Assembly (NCBI GenBank): GCA_041694835.1
Contig: JBGFRZ010000019.1
Location: 1-23,908, forward strand
Reading direction: 5' to 3'
Source of the DNA: Ignavibacteria bacterium
GTDB taxonomy: Bacteria; Elusimicrobiota; Endomicrobiia; PHAN01
DNA: 23,908 nucleotides
The position numbers were made by a program, and so were the translations under genes. The notes under the pieces are model-generated. The model worked only from the letters and a program-made list of their open reading frames with translations. It ran no database searches and had not been told where the DNA came from. How positions within the stretch are numbered: the first letter of the stretch is position 1; each line of letters begins with the position of its first letter. Below, one piece after another: positions 1 to 8,427 of the stretch.

Positions 1-18
1 TTTGTTTTCGTCAGAAAT

Positions 19-47
19 ATTATAGCAATTCCGGAGAGAAAATGCAA
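19..47 (-). promoter_or_regulatory. sigma70-type promoter firing leftward out of the window
   Basis: Minus strand reads TTGCAT-N17-TATAAT (-35 at 47-42, -10 at 24-19) with a TGn extended -10. Confidence 0.6.
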
Positions 48-97
48 ATGTTTTATCGTCGGATTTACCGACGAGAATTATTTCAAAGAACTAAAGA

Positions 98-116
98 GGG
101 TTTTTCAACGCTCTCA
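98..116 (-). mobile_element. terminal inverted repeat of the same family as the MITE at 20340/23815
   Basis: Reverse complement TGAGAGCGTTGAAAAACCC matches TGAGATTGTTGAAAAACCC (23815-23833) at 17/19. It is flanked by TTA at 117-119, like the MITE target site. Confidence 0.65.
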
Positions 117-129
117 TTATAAATTTTAT

Positions 130-158
130 CAAAAAAACATCAAACTTCAAAAGTTTGG
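130..158 (-). terminator. possible intrinsic terminator after the 167-778 gene
   Basis: CAAACTT-CAA-AAGTTTG hairpin (141-157) followed on the minus strand by a T run. The stem is AT-rich and therefore weak. Confidence 0.35.
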
Positions 159-166
159 TTTATATT

Positions 167-778
167 TTATCTGAATATTATTCCGATGCCTATCAAAATC
201 AGGATGCCCCCCGAAACTTTCGCCACATATCTGAATATTTTATCTGGAATGAGTGGCGAGATTTTGCCTGCAAGCGCACCGAGTATCAAAGGAACGAGAA
301 ACTCTCCGAGTCCGAAGCATGAAGCCATGACCACCGCCGAAAAAAGACTATCCGCCTCCATTATGATATAACCCCATACGGCCATATGAGGCAGGCAAGG
401 CGTCAGTCCGGCGACAATGCCGAGAGCAAAGATATCCGCCGCCTCTGTTTTGAAAAAACTGAAGCTTTTGTGTTTATTGAAGAAAACAAATAGCCCGACG
501 GTCGCCACGAAAGCGCCGCCGAGTATGTTCAAAATGAATCTGTGTTCAGTTAACGTTTTTAGAAATATCTTTCCCATCAGGAATAAAGCCGTGGCGATAA
601 GTATATGAACAATTGCTCTTGTGGCCGAGAAGATGATCGCTTCATTCAAATTTTTAGAAAAATTTTTTTTCGACGAAAGGATGTAGGACATCAAGAGGGG
701 ATTGCAGCTCAAAGAGCATACGGTGATGTTCAAAGTGATTCCAAGCAACAGCAGTTCTATGAACTTATTCTGGAACAT
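167..778 (-). CDS. CcdA/DsbD_2-like (TauE/SafE-annotated) multi-pass membrane protein
   Basis: About 6 hydrophobic helices with two Cys motifs (CSLSCNP near the N-terminus, GLTPCLP mid-protein) and 'FGLG' / 'SGGILILIG' segments typical of the DsbD_2/CcdA-like group. Confidence 0.6.
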   Translation of the reverse strand: MFQNKFIELLLLGITLNITVCSLSCNPLLMSYILSSKKNFSKNLNEAIIFSATRAIVHILIATALFLMGKIFLKTLTEHRFILNILGGAFVATVGLFVFFNKHKSFSFFKTEAADIFALGIVAGLTPCLPHMAVWGYIIMEADSLFSAVVMASCFGLGEFLVPLILGALAGKISPLIPDKIFRYVAKVSGGILILIGIGIIFR

Positions 779-1394
779 AAATATGTACAGTTACTGGTTT
801 ATTTTTGTCAAAAGCTTTTATTTTTTCGGAAAGCGAAACACCCTTCGGATTTTTCATTTTTTTCATTATCACTTCTTTCTCTACCGGATATAGAGGACAG
901 GTGCCACATAGATTACTCTCCGGGCCGTAGAGAACGATCGCGTCAAAGTAAGGGGAGCCCGGAAAAATGATGTTATAGATGTCGCTTTCCTCATTTTTCA
1001 AAAATTCTTCGGCGGTTGATTGAATTTTTCCTTGCTTCATAACGATTTTAACAGCCGATGTCCTTTTAGTTTTTTGGGAGTCTCTGATTTCTTCCCAAAG
1101 CTCCCAATCGATAAAAGCGAGGGCTTTTTGCAGATCCAATAGTTTTGCGTCTGATACGACGGCAGAATTTTCCTTCAACCACTTGTATCCATGAAGATAT
1201 ATGAGAAAAAGAACATCACCCTCGTTTTTGAGTATATCGGCTTTAAACGAGACCACTCGCCTTCTTTTATCCGCTGTCACTTCACCGAATTTGAAAACCT
1301 CTTTTTCGAACAGAAATTCTTTTTTATCGCGAGCAATGATGTAAATTAAAAAAAATAACAGAAATATCAGAATAAAGGAAACCAATTTTTTCAT
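765..1394 (-). CDS. membrane-anchored/exported hypothetical protein with CxxCP motif (YdjY-like)
   Basis: Likely start ATG 1394 (MKKLVSFILIFLLFFLIYII signal/anchor) overlaps the upstream stop as ATGA. Contains FPGSPYF and NLCGTCP. The YdjY resemblance is by eye only. Confidence 0.6.
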   Translation of the reverse strand: MKKLVSFILIFLLFFLIYIIARDKKEFLFEKEVFKFGEVTADKRRRVVSFKADILKNEGDVLFLIYLHGYKWLKENSAVVSDAKLLDLQKALAFIDWELWEEIRDSQKTKRTSAVKIVMKQGKIQSTAEEFLKNEESDIYNIIFPGSPYFDAIVLYGPESNLCGTCPLYPVEKEVIMKKMKNPKGVSLSEKIKAFDKNKPVTVHIYVPE

Positions 1395-3025
1395 AATTTC
1401 CTGATTTTTTCGGCTTCTGGCGTCATACCGAATTTTTTCAAAAAATCCACGAAACCCTCTTTTACGGCAGGCTTTTGTAGGTCGAAAATGAATATGGAGG
1501 CGGCTATTATCTCCTCGGGCTCTTCTTTTCGAAGCCACGAAAAAATTTCTTTGTCTTCATAGTAGTTCGCATAGAGGTTTGTAGCCGAGACGGCGAAAAA
1601 CTTCCGCGGCATCTTCGTTAAGTCTATCTCGTCACCTTCTCTTGGTAGATTGGAAACAAATCCAAGTGGGTGATATTTTATGCCGTAGTAATGTGGATCG
1701 CCTGTTCCGAAATATGAAAAATATATATGGTTCGTATTTTCGGATTTTAGATATATTGAAAGCTCTTTTAATCCCTGTCCCCAGTCGATGTTAGAATCGA
1801 GCAGAAATTTGTATCCATTCTCATGACCTCCAGCTATTTCGTTGAAATAACTTATATGCCATGGATGAGTTTTTACGAATCCATACGCTATCCAAAAAAG
1901 AGACAAAAAAACAGCCGCCTTCAAAAATATATTTTTTCTAAGCAAATCTCCCATCAAAATTCCTACTGAGCATATCAAAAAAGGATAGACGGGGATTATG
2001 TGTCTGTGTCCTATCTGTATTTTCGAGAATGAACTTACGGTCAGGTAAAACACCACCGGCAGAAGCAGGAAAATCCAGTTTTTCGATATCTTTTTATTGA
2101 AAGGCAAAAACGGCAGCACCGCAAGAAGAGGTATGGGCGTCTTTAAGAAAAATGTAGCGACAAAGTAGTAAGGCCATCCACCGACCGAGTATTTTCCGAA
2201 TAGAAAACTCGCCCTTGGAGTTTCGGCGGCGGATTTAAGTATGCGGGTAAGCCCTTCGTAATACATATTCGGCGAAGAAAAGAGGTACGATGCCCAGAGG
2301 ATGAGTGAGGTTGCGATTGAGACAAGAGTTAAATTCGCGGCCGTTTTCCCGGGGAGTTTTTTGAAGAAAAAGAAGTAGAAAAACAAAATAAAAAAAAGAG
2401 GCAGAATCATAACGCCTGAAAATTTCGATGAAAGTGCCAACCCTAGAAAAATCCCGGCCGCCATCGCCGTTTTAATGCCGCCGTCTTTCATCAGATTCCA
2501 GAAGTAGTAGAAGGAAACGAAGAAAAAAAAGGCCAGTGGAACGTCGGTTGTTACAAGGGTAGAGTTAGCGATGATAGAGGAGTAGAAAACGTAAATAAAA
2601 ACCGATATAACGGCAGAGACCTCGTCCGAGAGCTTTTTCGTTATTAAAAAAATCCAGACGCAGAAGGCTGCCGAAAGAAGAAGCATCATCAATCTTCCTG
2701 CGAAAAGAATTTTTTCGGCATCCATTCTATTGTGGTGGATGAAGTAGTCGCCCAGTCTGTACTGATTGGCATGCATATTTGGATACCATGGATGGGATTT
2801 CGGAATAAACTCAAGTTTCAAAAACATAAGTGGCAGGGCGGCGATAATTTTTGCGATGGGCGGATGGTCGTATATGTTCATATCAAGTTTCCCGGTCTTC
2901 AGATAAGAGTATCCCGCCGCAAGATGGACCGCCTCGTCGTAAGTCTGGGAGTTTTTGATTATAGTATGAATTCCCGTAGCGATGTGAATAAGCAATAGCA
3001 GAAATAGTATAATTTTAGTCGGCAT
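1391..3025 (-). CDS. GT-C fold glycosyltransferase, family 39 / ArnT-PMT-like
   Basis: N-terminal TM then 'TYDEAVH...HPP', 'TTDVPL', 'LALSSKFSG', many TM helices and a C-terminal 'DSNIDWGQ' soluble domain. Confidence 0.85.
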   Translation of the reverse strand: MPTKIILFLLLLIHIATGIHTIIKNSQTYDEAVHLAAGYSYLKTGKLDMNIYDHPPIAKIIAALPLMFLKLEFIPKSHPWYPNMHANQYRLGDYFIHHNRMDAEKILFAGRLMMLLLSAAFCVWIFLITKKLSDEVSAVISVFIYVFYSSIIANSTLVTTDVPLAFFFFVSFYYFWNLMKDGGIKTAMAAGIFLGLALSSKFSGVMILPLFFILFFYFFFFKKLPGKTAANLTLVSIATSLILWASYLFSSPNMYYEGLTRILKSAAETPRASFLFGKYSVGGWPYYFVATFFLKTPIPLLAVLPFLPFNKKISKNWIFLLLPVVFYLTVSSFSKIQIGHRHIIPVYPFLICSVGILMGDLLRKNIFLKAAVFLSLFWIAYGFVKTHPWHISYFNEIAGGHENGYKFLLDSNIDWGQGLKELSIYLKSENTNHIYFSYFGTGDPHYYGIKYHPLGFVSNLPREGDEIDLTKMPRKFFAVSATNLYANYYEDKEIFSWLRKEEPEEIIAASIFIFDLQKPAVKEGFVDFLKKFGMTPEAEKIRKL

Positions 3026-3039
3026 AGCCTTCGGTGATA

Positions 3040-3072
3040 TCGAACATTTGTTCGAATTTTCCGTCTGTAAAA
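3040..3072. repeat. 33-bp repeat copy 1 containing palindrome CGAAC-ATTT-GTTCG (LexA/Cheo-box-like)
   Basis: TCGAACATTTGTTCGAATTTTCCGTCTGTAAAA, 31/33 identical to 8369-8401. Confidence 0.85.
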
Positions 3073-5118
3073 TTACCGGGTTTTAAGTCTTTCAAGATAA
3101 CCGCGGGCGGTCTCATTCGATGGATCGTATCTAAGAGTCAATTCGAGGTTTTCCCGCGATTTTCTGAAATCGCCATTTTTCCAATATATGACAGCCTTGT
3201 TGTAGTATGCGAGAGCGAAGTCCGGGCGCAGCTCGGTAGCTTTTACATAGCTCGAAAGCGCCTCTTTGTCCTTTCCAAGTTTTTCCGAAGCCACACCCAT
3301 GTGGAGCCAGACGTTTGCGGCCTCTCTTTTTATCGAAATTGCAACATCGGGCATCGCTTTGTATTCCGCCGCCAATCCAATTAATTTGTCATACATTATC
3401 GTAGCGAGGTTATAAAATTTGGCGGCTTCCATGAAGTTGTTTTGGATATAGTGACACCATCCAAGGTGATAAGCTGGCTGAGGAAAATCATTTTTCATAT
3501 AAAGAGACATAAGGAAACATTTTTCCGCCGCGGAGAACTCGTTTTTGAGCATATAGTAAAACCCCGCCTGATGCCAGGATTTTGAGTATTCCTCAATCAA
3601 ATCCGGCGTAAAAAACTCAACGTGGGAATGATACCTGTAATCCCCCCTGTATACATAAAATTCATTTAATATATTGAATGACTCGTGCGGTTTTTTTGTG
3701 AGGCTGTTTGAAAGGCCATACGGAAAAGTTTTGGTTTTCAGCGGGAAATCAACATCATTTGTAAAATATACATCGGAGTTTTTTTCGATAAAACTCTGCC
3801 ATCCTGTTGCGGTTGAAAGCGGAAAGAACTTCACTCCAATATCCCTATTTGATTTCTGAAACCATGGAGAGCCGGAAAGCCCCGACGGAACAGTTTTTAT
3901 ATCAGGTCTTTTTAATGTGACATATCTCTGATGCCACATCGAGAAAACCTGGACGTCTTCTTTAAGAACAATTATAGAGTTTTTAGGAAGCCCTGCCGAA
4001 AGATTCCTCGCGTAATCGGTCAGGAAAAAGTTCATTCTTTTGTTAAGAACCGGAAAAGTCGATATAAAAATACCAGCACATAAAATAACAGCCGTGCTCT
4101 TCCCGGCGATCCCGCTGTAATCGGAAATGGCGGATATTCCCGAAATAAGAAAAATAGTGAAAAAGATATTTGGAAGCAGGAAGTGGGCTTCAAGTATGGC
4201 CAATGCGTGTGGGTTCGGCGGCATGTTGGCAAGGTATATGAAAAAAACACCGCTTATGATGAAGCCCGCCGCCAGAAACAAGAAGATATCTTTTTTTTCC
4301 CTGAAAAGCTTCACCGCGCCGAAAACAGAAATAAGAGGGCCCATATAAAAAAAGTATTCGTACAAATGTACAAAATAGAATTTGAGCTGAGGGACGAAAT
4401 TCTCGCCCTTCGCGTACCCTGCAGATATCAAATCTAGTGTGCCCCCGTGAGTTTTTCTCATAAGAGAAGAAAGTAGCCTCTCGAAAGTCGATGGATCGTT
4501 CCAGTTTATAAGAGGTGCCGTGTTGGACCTTATGAGCAAATAAAGAAATACGCTTGAGCCGAGAATTAAAAAAATGTGTGATTTTGCAATATCGAACACC
4601 CTCAACTTTTTCCTTATGAAGAATAAAAGAAAAGCGGGATATATAAGAACCGAATCCATCCTTACGCCCGTGGAAAGACCAAGCATAAACATTGATACAT
4701 AGTATTTTTTCGAGAGCAGAAAGTAAATTGAAAGGAGAATGAAAAAAACCGACATCGTGTACATCTCCTGGACAATCGCAAGATACCAGAAAAGATATGA
4801 AAATCCCGCTGCAAGGGCACCGAAGGAAAAATGCCCGGCGCCACTGAAAATTTTTTTCGATATCTCGTAAATCAACAAAACTGAGAAAGCCATAAAAATG
4901 GCCGAAACGATAGTCACTTTATAGGCATAGTTTGAGAATGGAATAAGTCCGCAGATTATGTTACCCAAAAGAGTGTAAAGAGGGTATCCCGGCGGATGGG
5001 CGACGCCGAGGGTCTTTATAACGCTCACCATCTCGCCCGAATCCCTGTAGGGAGCGAGTGCCGGAAATGCGGCAAATACATAAACGATGAGAGCAAACAG
5101 AAAAACAACGATTCGCAT
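3073..5118 (-). CDS. DUF2723 / TMEM260-like GT-C membrane protein with C-terminal TPRs (paralog A)
   Basis: 'RDSGE...LGVAHPPGYPLY' signature, multiple TMs, 'NWNDP', C-terminal TPR repeats. Start placed at ATG 5118 (ORF track GTG 5124) because of the promoter position. Confidence 0.85.
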   Translation of the reverse strand: MRIVVFLFALIVYVFAAFPALAPYRDSGEMVSVIKTLGVAHPPGYPLYTLLGNIICGLIPFSNYAYKVTIVSAIFMAFSVLLIYEISKKIFSGAGHFSFGALAAGFSYLFWYLAIVQEMYTMSVFFILLSIYFLLSKKYYVSMFMLGLSTGVRMDSVLIYPAFLLFFIRKKLRVFDIAKSHIFLILGSSVFLYLLIRSNTAPLINWNDPSTFERLLSSLMRKTHGGTLDLISAGYAKGENFVPQLKFYFVHLYEYFFYMGPLISVFGAVKLFREKKDIFLFLAAGFIISGVFFIYLANMPPNPHALAILEAHFLLPNIFFTIFLISGISAISDYSGIAGKSTAVILCAGIFISTFPVLNKRMNFFLTDYARNLSAGLPKNSIIVLKEDVQVFSMWHQRYVTLKRPDIKTVPSGLSGSPWFQKSNRDIGVKFFPLSTATGWQSFIEKNSDVYFTNDVDFPLKTKTFPYGLSNSLTKKPHESFNILNEFYVYRGDYRYHSHVEFFTPDLIEEYSKSWHQAGFYYMLKNEFSAAEKCFLMSLYMKNDFPQPAYHLGWCHYIQNNFMEAAKFYNLATIMYDKLIGLAAEYKAMPDVAISIKREAANVWLHMGVASEKLGKDKEALSSYVKATELRPDFALAYYNKAVIYWKNGDFRKSRENLELTLRYDPSNETARGYLERLKTR

Positions 5119-5126
5119 ACTCACAT

Positions 5127-5155
5127 ATTATAATAAGATTTTGAGTTTGTTGCAA
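5127..5155 (-). promoter_or_regulatory. sigma70-type promoter for DUF2723 paralog A (near-leaderless)
   Basis: TTGCAA-N17-TATAAT on the minus strand, 8 nt before ATG 5118, with no Shine-Dalgarno. Confidence 0.6.
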
Positions 5156-5264
5156 CTCTTTTTGTCGGAGGCAAAAAACCTTTGCGGAATGGATATTTTG
5201 ATTTTCCTGTTCGATTTTGTAAAATTGGGTTGTTTAGCGCAATATTTATATCAGAGGTGCTTGT

Positions 5265-6563
5265 ATGTCAAAAATTAAAAGTGTAGTTGGGAGAGAGATT
5301 CTGGATTCAAGAGGCAACCCCACTGTCGAGGTTGATGTGGTTTTGGAAAGTGGCATTATGGGGAGAGCATCAGTTCCTTCGGGAGCTTCCACCGGAGAAA
5401 AGGAGGCTCTTGAGCTGAGAGATGGTGACAAGAAAAGATATCTCGGCAAAGGTGTTTTGAAGGCGGTCGCGAATATAAACGAGATTATCTCCAAAAAAAT
5501 CGTTGGAATGGATGCTTTATCGCAAAGAGAAATTGACGAAAAAATGCTCAAACTCGACGGAACCGAGTTTAAGTCTAACATTGGAGCAAACGCTTTGCTC
5601 GGCGTCTCGCTTGCGGTTTGTCGCGCTGGTTCAAACGACGAAAAATTACCGCTTTACGAGTATATTCGCAAGGCATATGATATGCAGTCCACAACTTACA
5701 GTTTACCCGTTCCGCTGATGAACATCATAAACGGCGGGGCTCACGCCGACAACAATGTTGACCTTCAAGAGTTCATGATACTTCCCGTCGGCGCCAAAAA
5801 TTTCAAAGACGCTATAAGAGTCGGAGCGGAGGTTTTCCACAATCTGAAATCGGTCTTGAAATCAAAAGGCTACGCAACATCCGTCGGCGATGAAGGGGGA
5901 TTCGCCCCCAACCTTTCCTCAAACGAAGAGGCTCTCTTCGTAATCATGGAAGCTATTTCAAAGGCGGGATATAAAGCCGGCGAAGACGTGCTTCTTGCTC
6001 TTGACTCGGCTGCGAGCGAATTTTTTGAAGATGGCGAATATGTCCTTGAAGGAGAGAAAACAAATCGGAGAAAGACATCTGATGAACTCGTAAATCTCTA
6101 CGGCGATTGGCTCAAAAAATACCCCATTGTTTCTATTGAGGACGGCGTTTCAGAGAAGGATTGGGACGGTTGGAAAAAGCTTACAGAAAAGCTTGGGAAA
6201 AACTGTCAGCTTGTCGGGGACGACGTATTCGTCACTAATCCGAAAATTTTTGCCGATGGCATAAAAAACAAAATAGGAAACGCCATACTTGTAAAAGTCA
6301 ATCAGATAGGTTCTCTCACGGAGACGGTCGATTGCGTTCGGCTTGCGTTCAGATCCGGATATAATGCGATAATATCGCACCGCTCCGGCGAGACGGAAGA
6401 TTCTTTTATAGCGGATTTGGCTGTCGCTTTGAATACCGGCCAGATAAAAACGGGTTCGGCTTCAAGAACCGACAGGATTTGCAAATATAACCAACTCCTT
6501 CGCATTGAAGAGGAGCTTGGCCCAAAGGCGAAATATCCCGGCAAAGAGACATTCAAAAGATAA
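5265..6563 (+). CDS. eno: enolase
   Basis: [39 protein letters not shown] and GQIKTGS motifs. GAGGT RBS upstream. Confidence 0.99.
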   Translation: MSKIKSVVGREILDSRGNPTVEVDVVLESGIMGRASVPSGASTGEKEALELRDGDKKRYLGKGVLKAVANINEIISKKIVGMDALSQREIDEKMLKLDGTEFKSNIGANALLGVSLAVCRAGSNDEKLPLYEYIRKAYDMQSTTYSLPVPLMNIINGGAHADNNVDLQEFMILPVGAKNFKDAIRVGAEVFHNLKSVLKSKGYATSVGDEGGFAPNLSSNEEALFVIMEAISKAGYKAGEDVLLALDSAASEFFEDGEYVLEGEKTNRRKTSDELVNLYGDWLKKYPIVSIEDGVSEKDWDGWKKLTEKLGKNCQLVGDDVFVTNPKIFADGIKNKIGNAILVKVNQIGSLTETVDCVRLAFRSGYNAIISHRSGETEDSFIADLAVALNTGQIKTGSASRTDRICKYNQLLRIEEELGPKAKYPGKETFKR

Positions 6564-6571
6564 AAGGTGCA

Positions 6572-6859
6572 ATGAGAATACCCGTTAAACTAATAAAAAG
6601 GGTCGCCATTATAGGTGCCGTTGTTTATCTGCTCGTAAATCCCGGTTTCAGGAGAATAATAAAACACGAGATAGAAAAAAGAAAAATAATTTCTGAAATA
6701 GAACGTCTTAAAAAAGAAAATGAAATTCTTGTCTCGGAGATTCGCCTTATGGAGGCGGACAAATCATACTATACCCAGGTGGTTTGCAGAGAACTTGGAA
6801 TGTTGAAGCCGGGCGAAGTCGAATATAGGATAACGGAAAAAACTGAAAGCAAAAAGTGA
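6572..6859 (+). CDS. septum formation initiator FtsB/DivIC family
   Basis: Small protein with TM plus coiled coil and 'RELGMLKPGE' motif, directly after eno as is typical for ftsB. Confidence 0.85.
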   Translation: MRIPVKLIKRVAIIGAVVYLLVNPGFRRIIKHEIEKRKIISEIERLKKENEILVSEIRLMEADKSYYTQVVCRELGMLKPGEVEYRITEKTESKK

Positions 6860-6885
6860 ATTTGTAAGAGTTCAGCGAGCGGTTT

Positions 6886-8349
6886 ATGATTGAAAAAAAA
6901 TACGAGGCCGTAATAGGTCTTGAGGTTCACACACACTTAAAGACAAAAAGCAAAATTTTCTGCGGATGTTCGACGGAATTCGGCCAACCGCCTAACATAA
7001 ACATCTGCCCCATCTGCACTGGCTATCCCGGGGTTTTACCCGCCTTAAACGAGAGAGCTGTCGGACTTCTCATAAAAACGGCCATGGGACTTAACTGCAA
7101 AATAAACGGACACTCCGTTCTTGCCAGAAAGCATTACTTTTATCCCGATCTTCCAAAAAACTTTCAGATATCTCAGTACGAGCTGCCACTTGCCTATGAC
7201 GGTGGCGTGGAAATTCCACTTGAGGGTGGCTCGATAAAAAAAATAAGGATAAAAAGGATTCATCTAGAGGAGGATGCGGGGAAACTTCTCCACGCGCTTG
7301 GCTCCAGGGAGTTGGATTACTCGCTTGTTGACTACAATAGAGCCGGCGTTCCTTTAATGGAAATAGTGACCGAGCCCGACATAACTACCCCTCAGGAGGC
7401 ATGGCAGTATCTCAATACTTTAAAATTGATACTTGAATATCTTGAGGTCTCCGAGTGCAACATGGAGGAGGGCAAGTTTAGATGCGATGCTAATATATCG
7501 CTTCGACCGGTGGGACAGATATCGTTGGGTGTTAAGACTGAACTTAAAAACATGAATACGACAAAGGGCGTAAGGGATGCGCTCGAATACGAGATAAAAA
7601 GGCAGACGGAAGTAATTCTGTCCGGTGGAGAAATAATTCAAGAAACGCGTCTTTACGACGCTTCGACGGATACGACGTCCCCGATGAGGACGAAAGAGGA
7701 AGCCCACGACTACAGATACTTCCCTGAGCCGGATATTCCACCCCTCGAGCTTTCGGAAGAATTTATAGAAAAAATCAGAAAGGAAATCGTCGAGCTGCCC
7801 GGAGAAAGAAAAAGAAGATTTATGTCCGAATACGGGCTTTCGGAGTACGACGCGGGCGTTCTTACTTCCGAAAAATCGATAGCGGATTATTTTGAAAGTT
7901 GTCTGAACGCTTTTGAAAAAGAAAAAGCCTCCGCTGCAAAACCTGTTGCGAACTGGATTATAACGGAACTCCTCGGGGAATTAAACAAGGATAAAAAGGA
8001 CATCAAGGGAGCCCCCATCAAGACGGAGAACCTTGCGTCTCTTGTAAAACTTATTTTGAACAATATTATTTCAGGCAAAATCGCAAAAAGCGTATTTAAG
8101 GAGATGTACTTGACGGGAAAATCCCCCGATTCTATAATAAAGGAAAAAAATCTTGTTCAGATTACGGACGAAGTCGCCATAAAAAAACTCTGCGAGGATG
8201 CTATTGAGGAGAATCCTGGCGCCGTGAAAGAGTACAGAGCCGGAAAAGAGCGCGCGATTGGTTCCCTTGTGGGTGCGGTAATGAAAAAATCGCAGGGTAA
8301 AGCTAACCCGAATATCGTCAACGATATGCTAAAAAAAATACTCTCCTGA
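6886..8349 (+). CDS. gatB: Asp/Glu-tRNA amidotransferase subunit B
   Basis: IGLEVH, YFYPDLPK, HLEEDAGK, RCDANIS and DYRYFPEPD motifs, C-terminal YqeY-like domain. Confidence 0.99.
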   Translation: MIEKKYEAVIGLEVHTHLKTKSKIFCGCSTEFGQPPNINICPICTGYPGVLPALNERAVGLLIKTAMGLNCKINGHSVLARKHYFYPDLPKNFQISQYELPLAYDGGVEIPLEGGSIKKIRIKRIHLEEDAGKLLHALGSRELDYSLVDYNRAGVPLMEIVTEPDITTPQEAWQYLNTLKLILEYLEVSECNMEEGKFRCDANISLRPVGQISLGVKTELKNMNTTKGVRDALEYEIKRQTEVILSGGEIIQETRLYDASTDTTSPMRTKEEAHDYRYFPEPDIPPLELSEEFIEKIRKEIVELPGERKRRFMSEYGLSEYDAGVLTSEKSIADYFESCLNAFEKEKASAAKPVANWIITELLGELNKDKKDIKGAPIKTENLASLVKLILNNIISGKIAKSVFKEMYLTGKSPDSIIKEKNLVQITDEVAIKKLCEDAIEENPGAVKEYRAGKERAIGSLVGAVMKKSQGKANPNIVNDMLKKILS

Positions 8350-8368
8350 AAATTTCTCGTCGAAACAT

Positions 8369-8401
8369 TCGAACATTTGTTCGAATTTATCGTCTGTAAA
8401 A
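8369..8401. repeat. 33-bp repeat copy 2 containing palindrome ATTCGAACA-TT-TGTTCGAAT
   Basis: TCGAACATTTGTTCGAATTTATCGTCTGTAAAA in the gap between convergent gatB and DUF2723 paralog B. Confidence 0.85.
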
Positions 8402-8427
8402 CCAACGGGTTCGGTTCGGATGGGATA

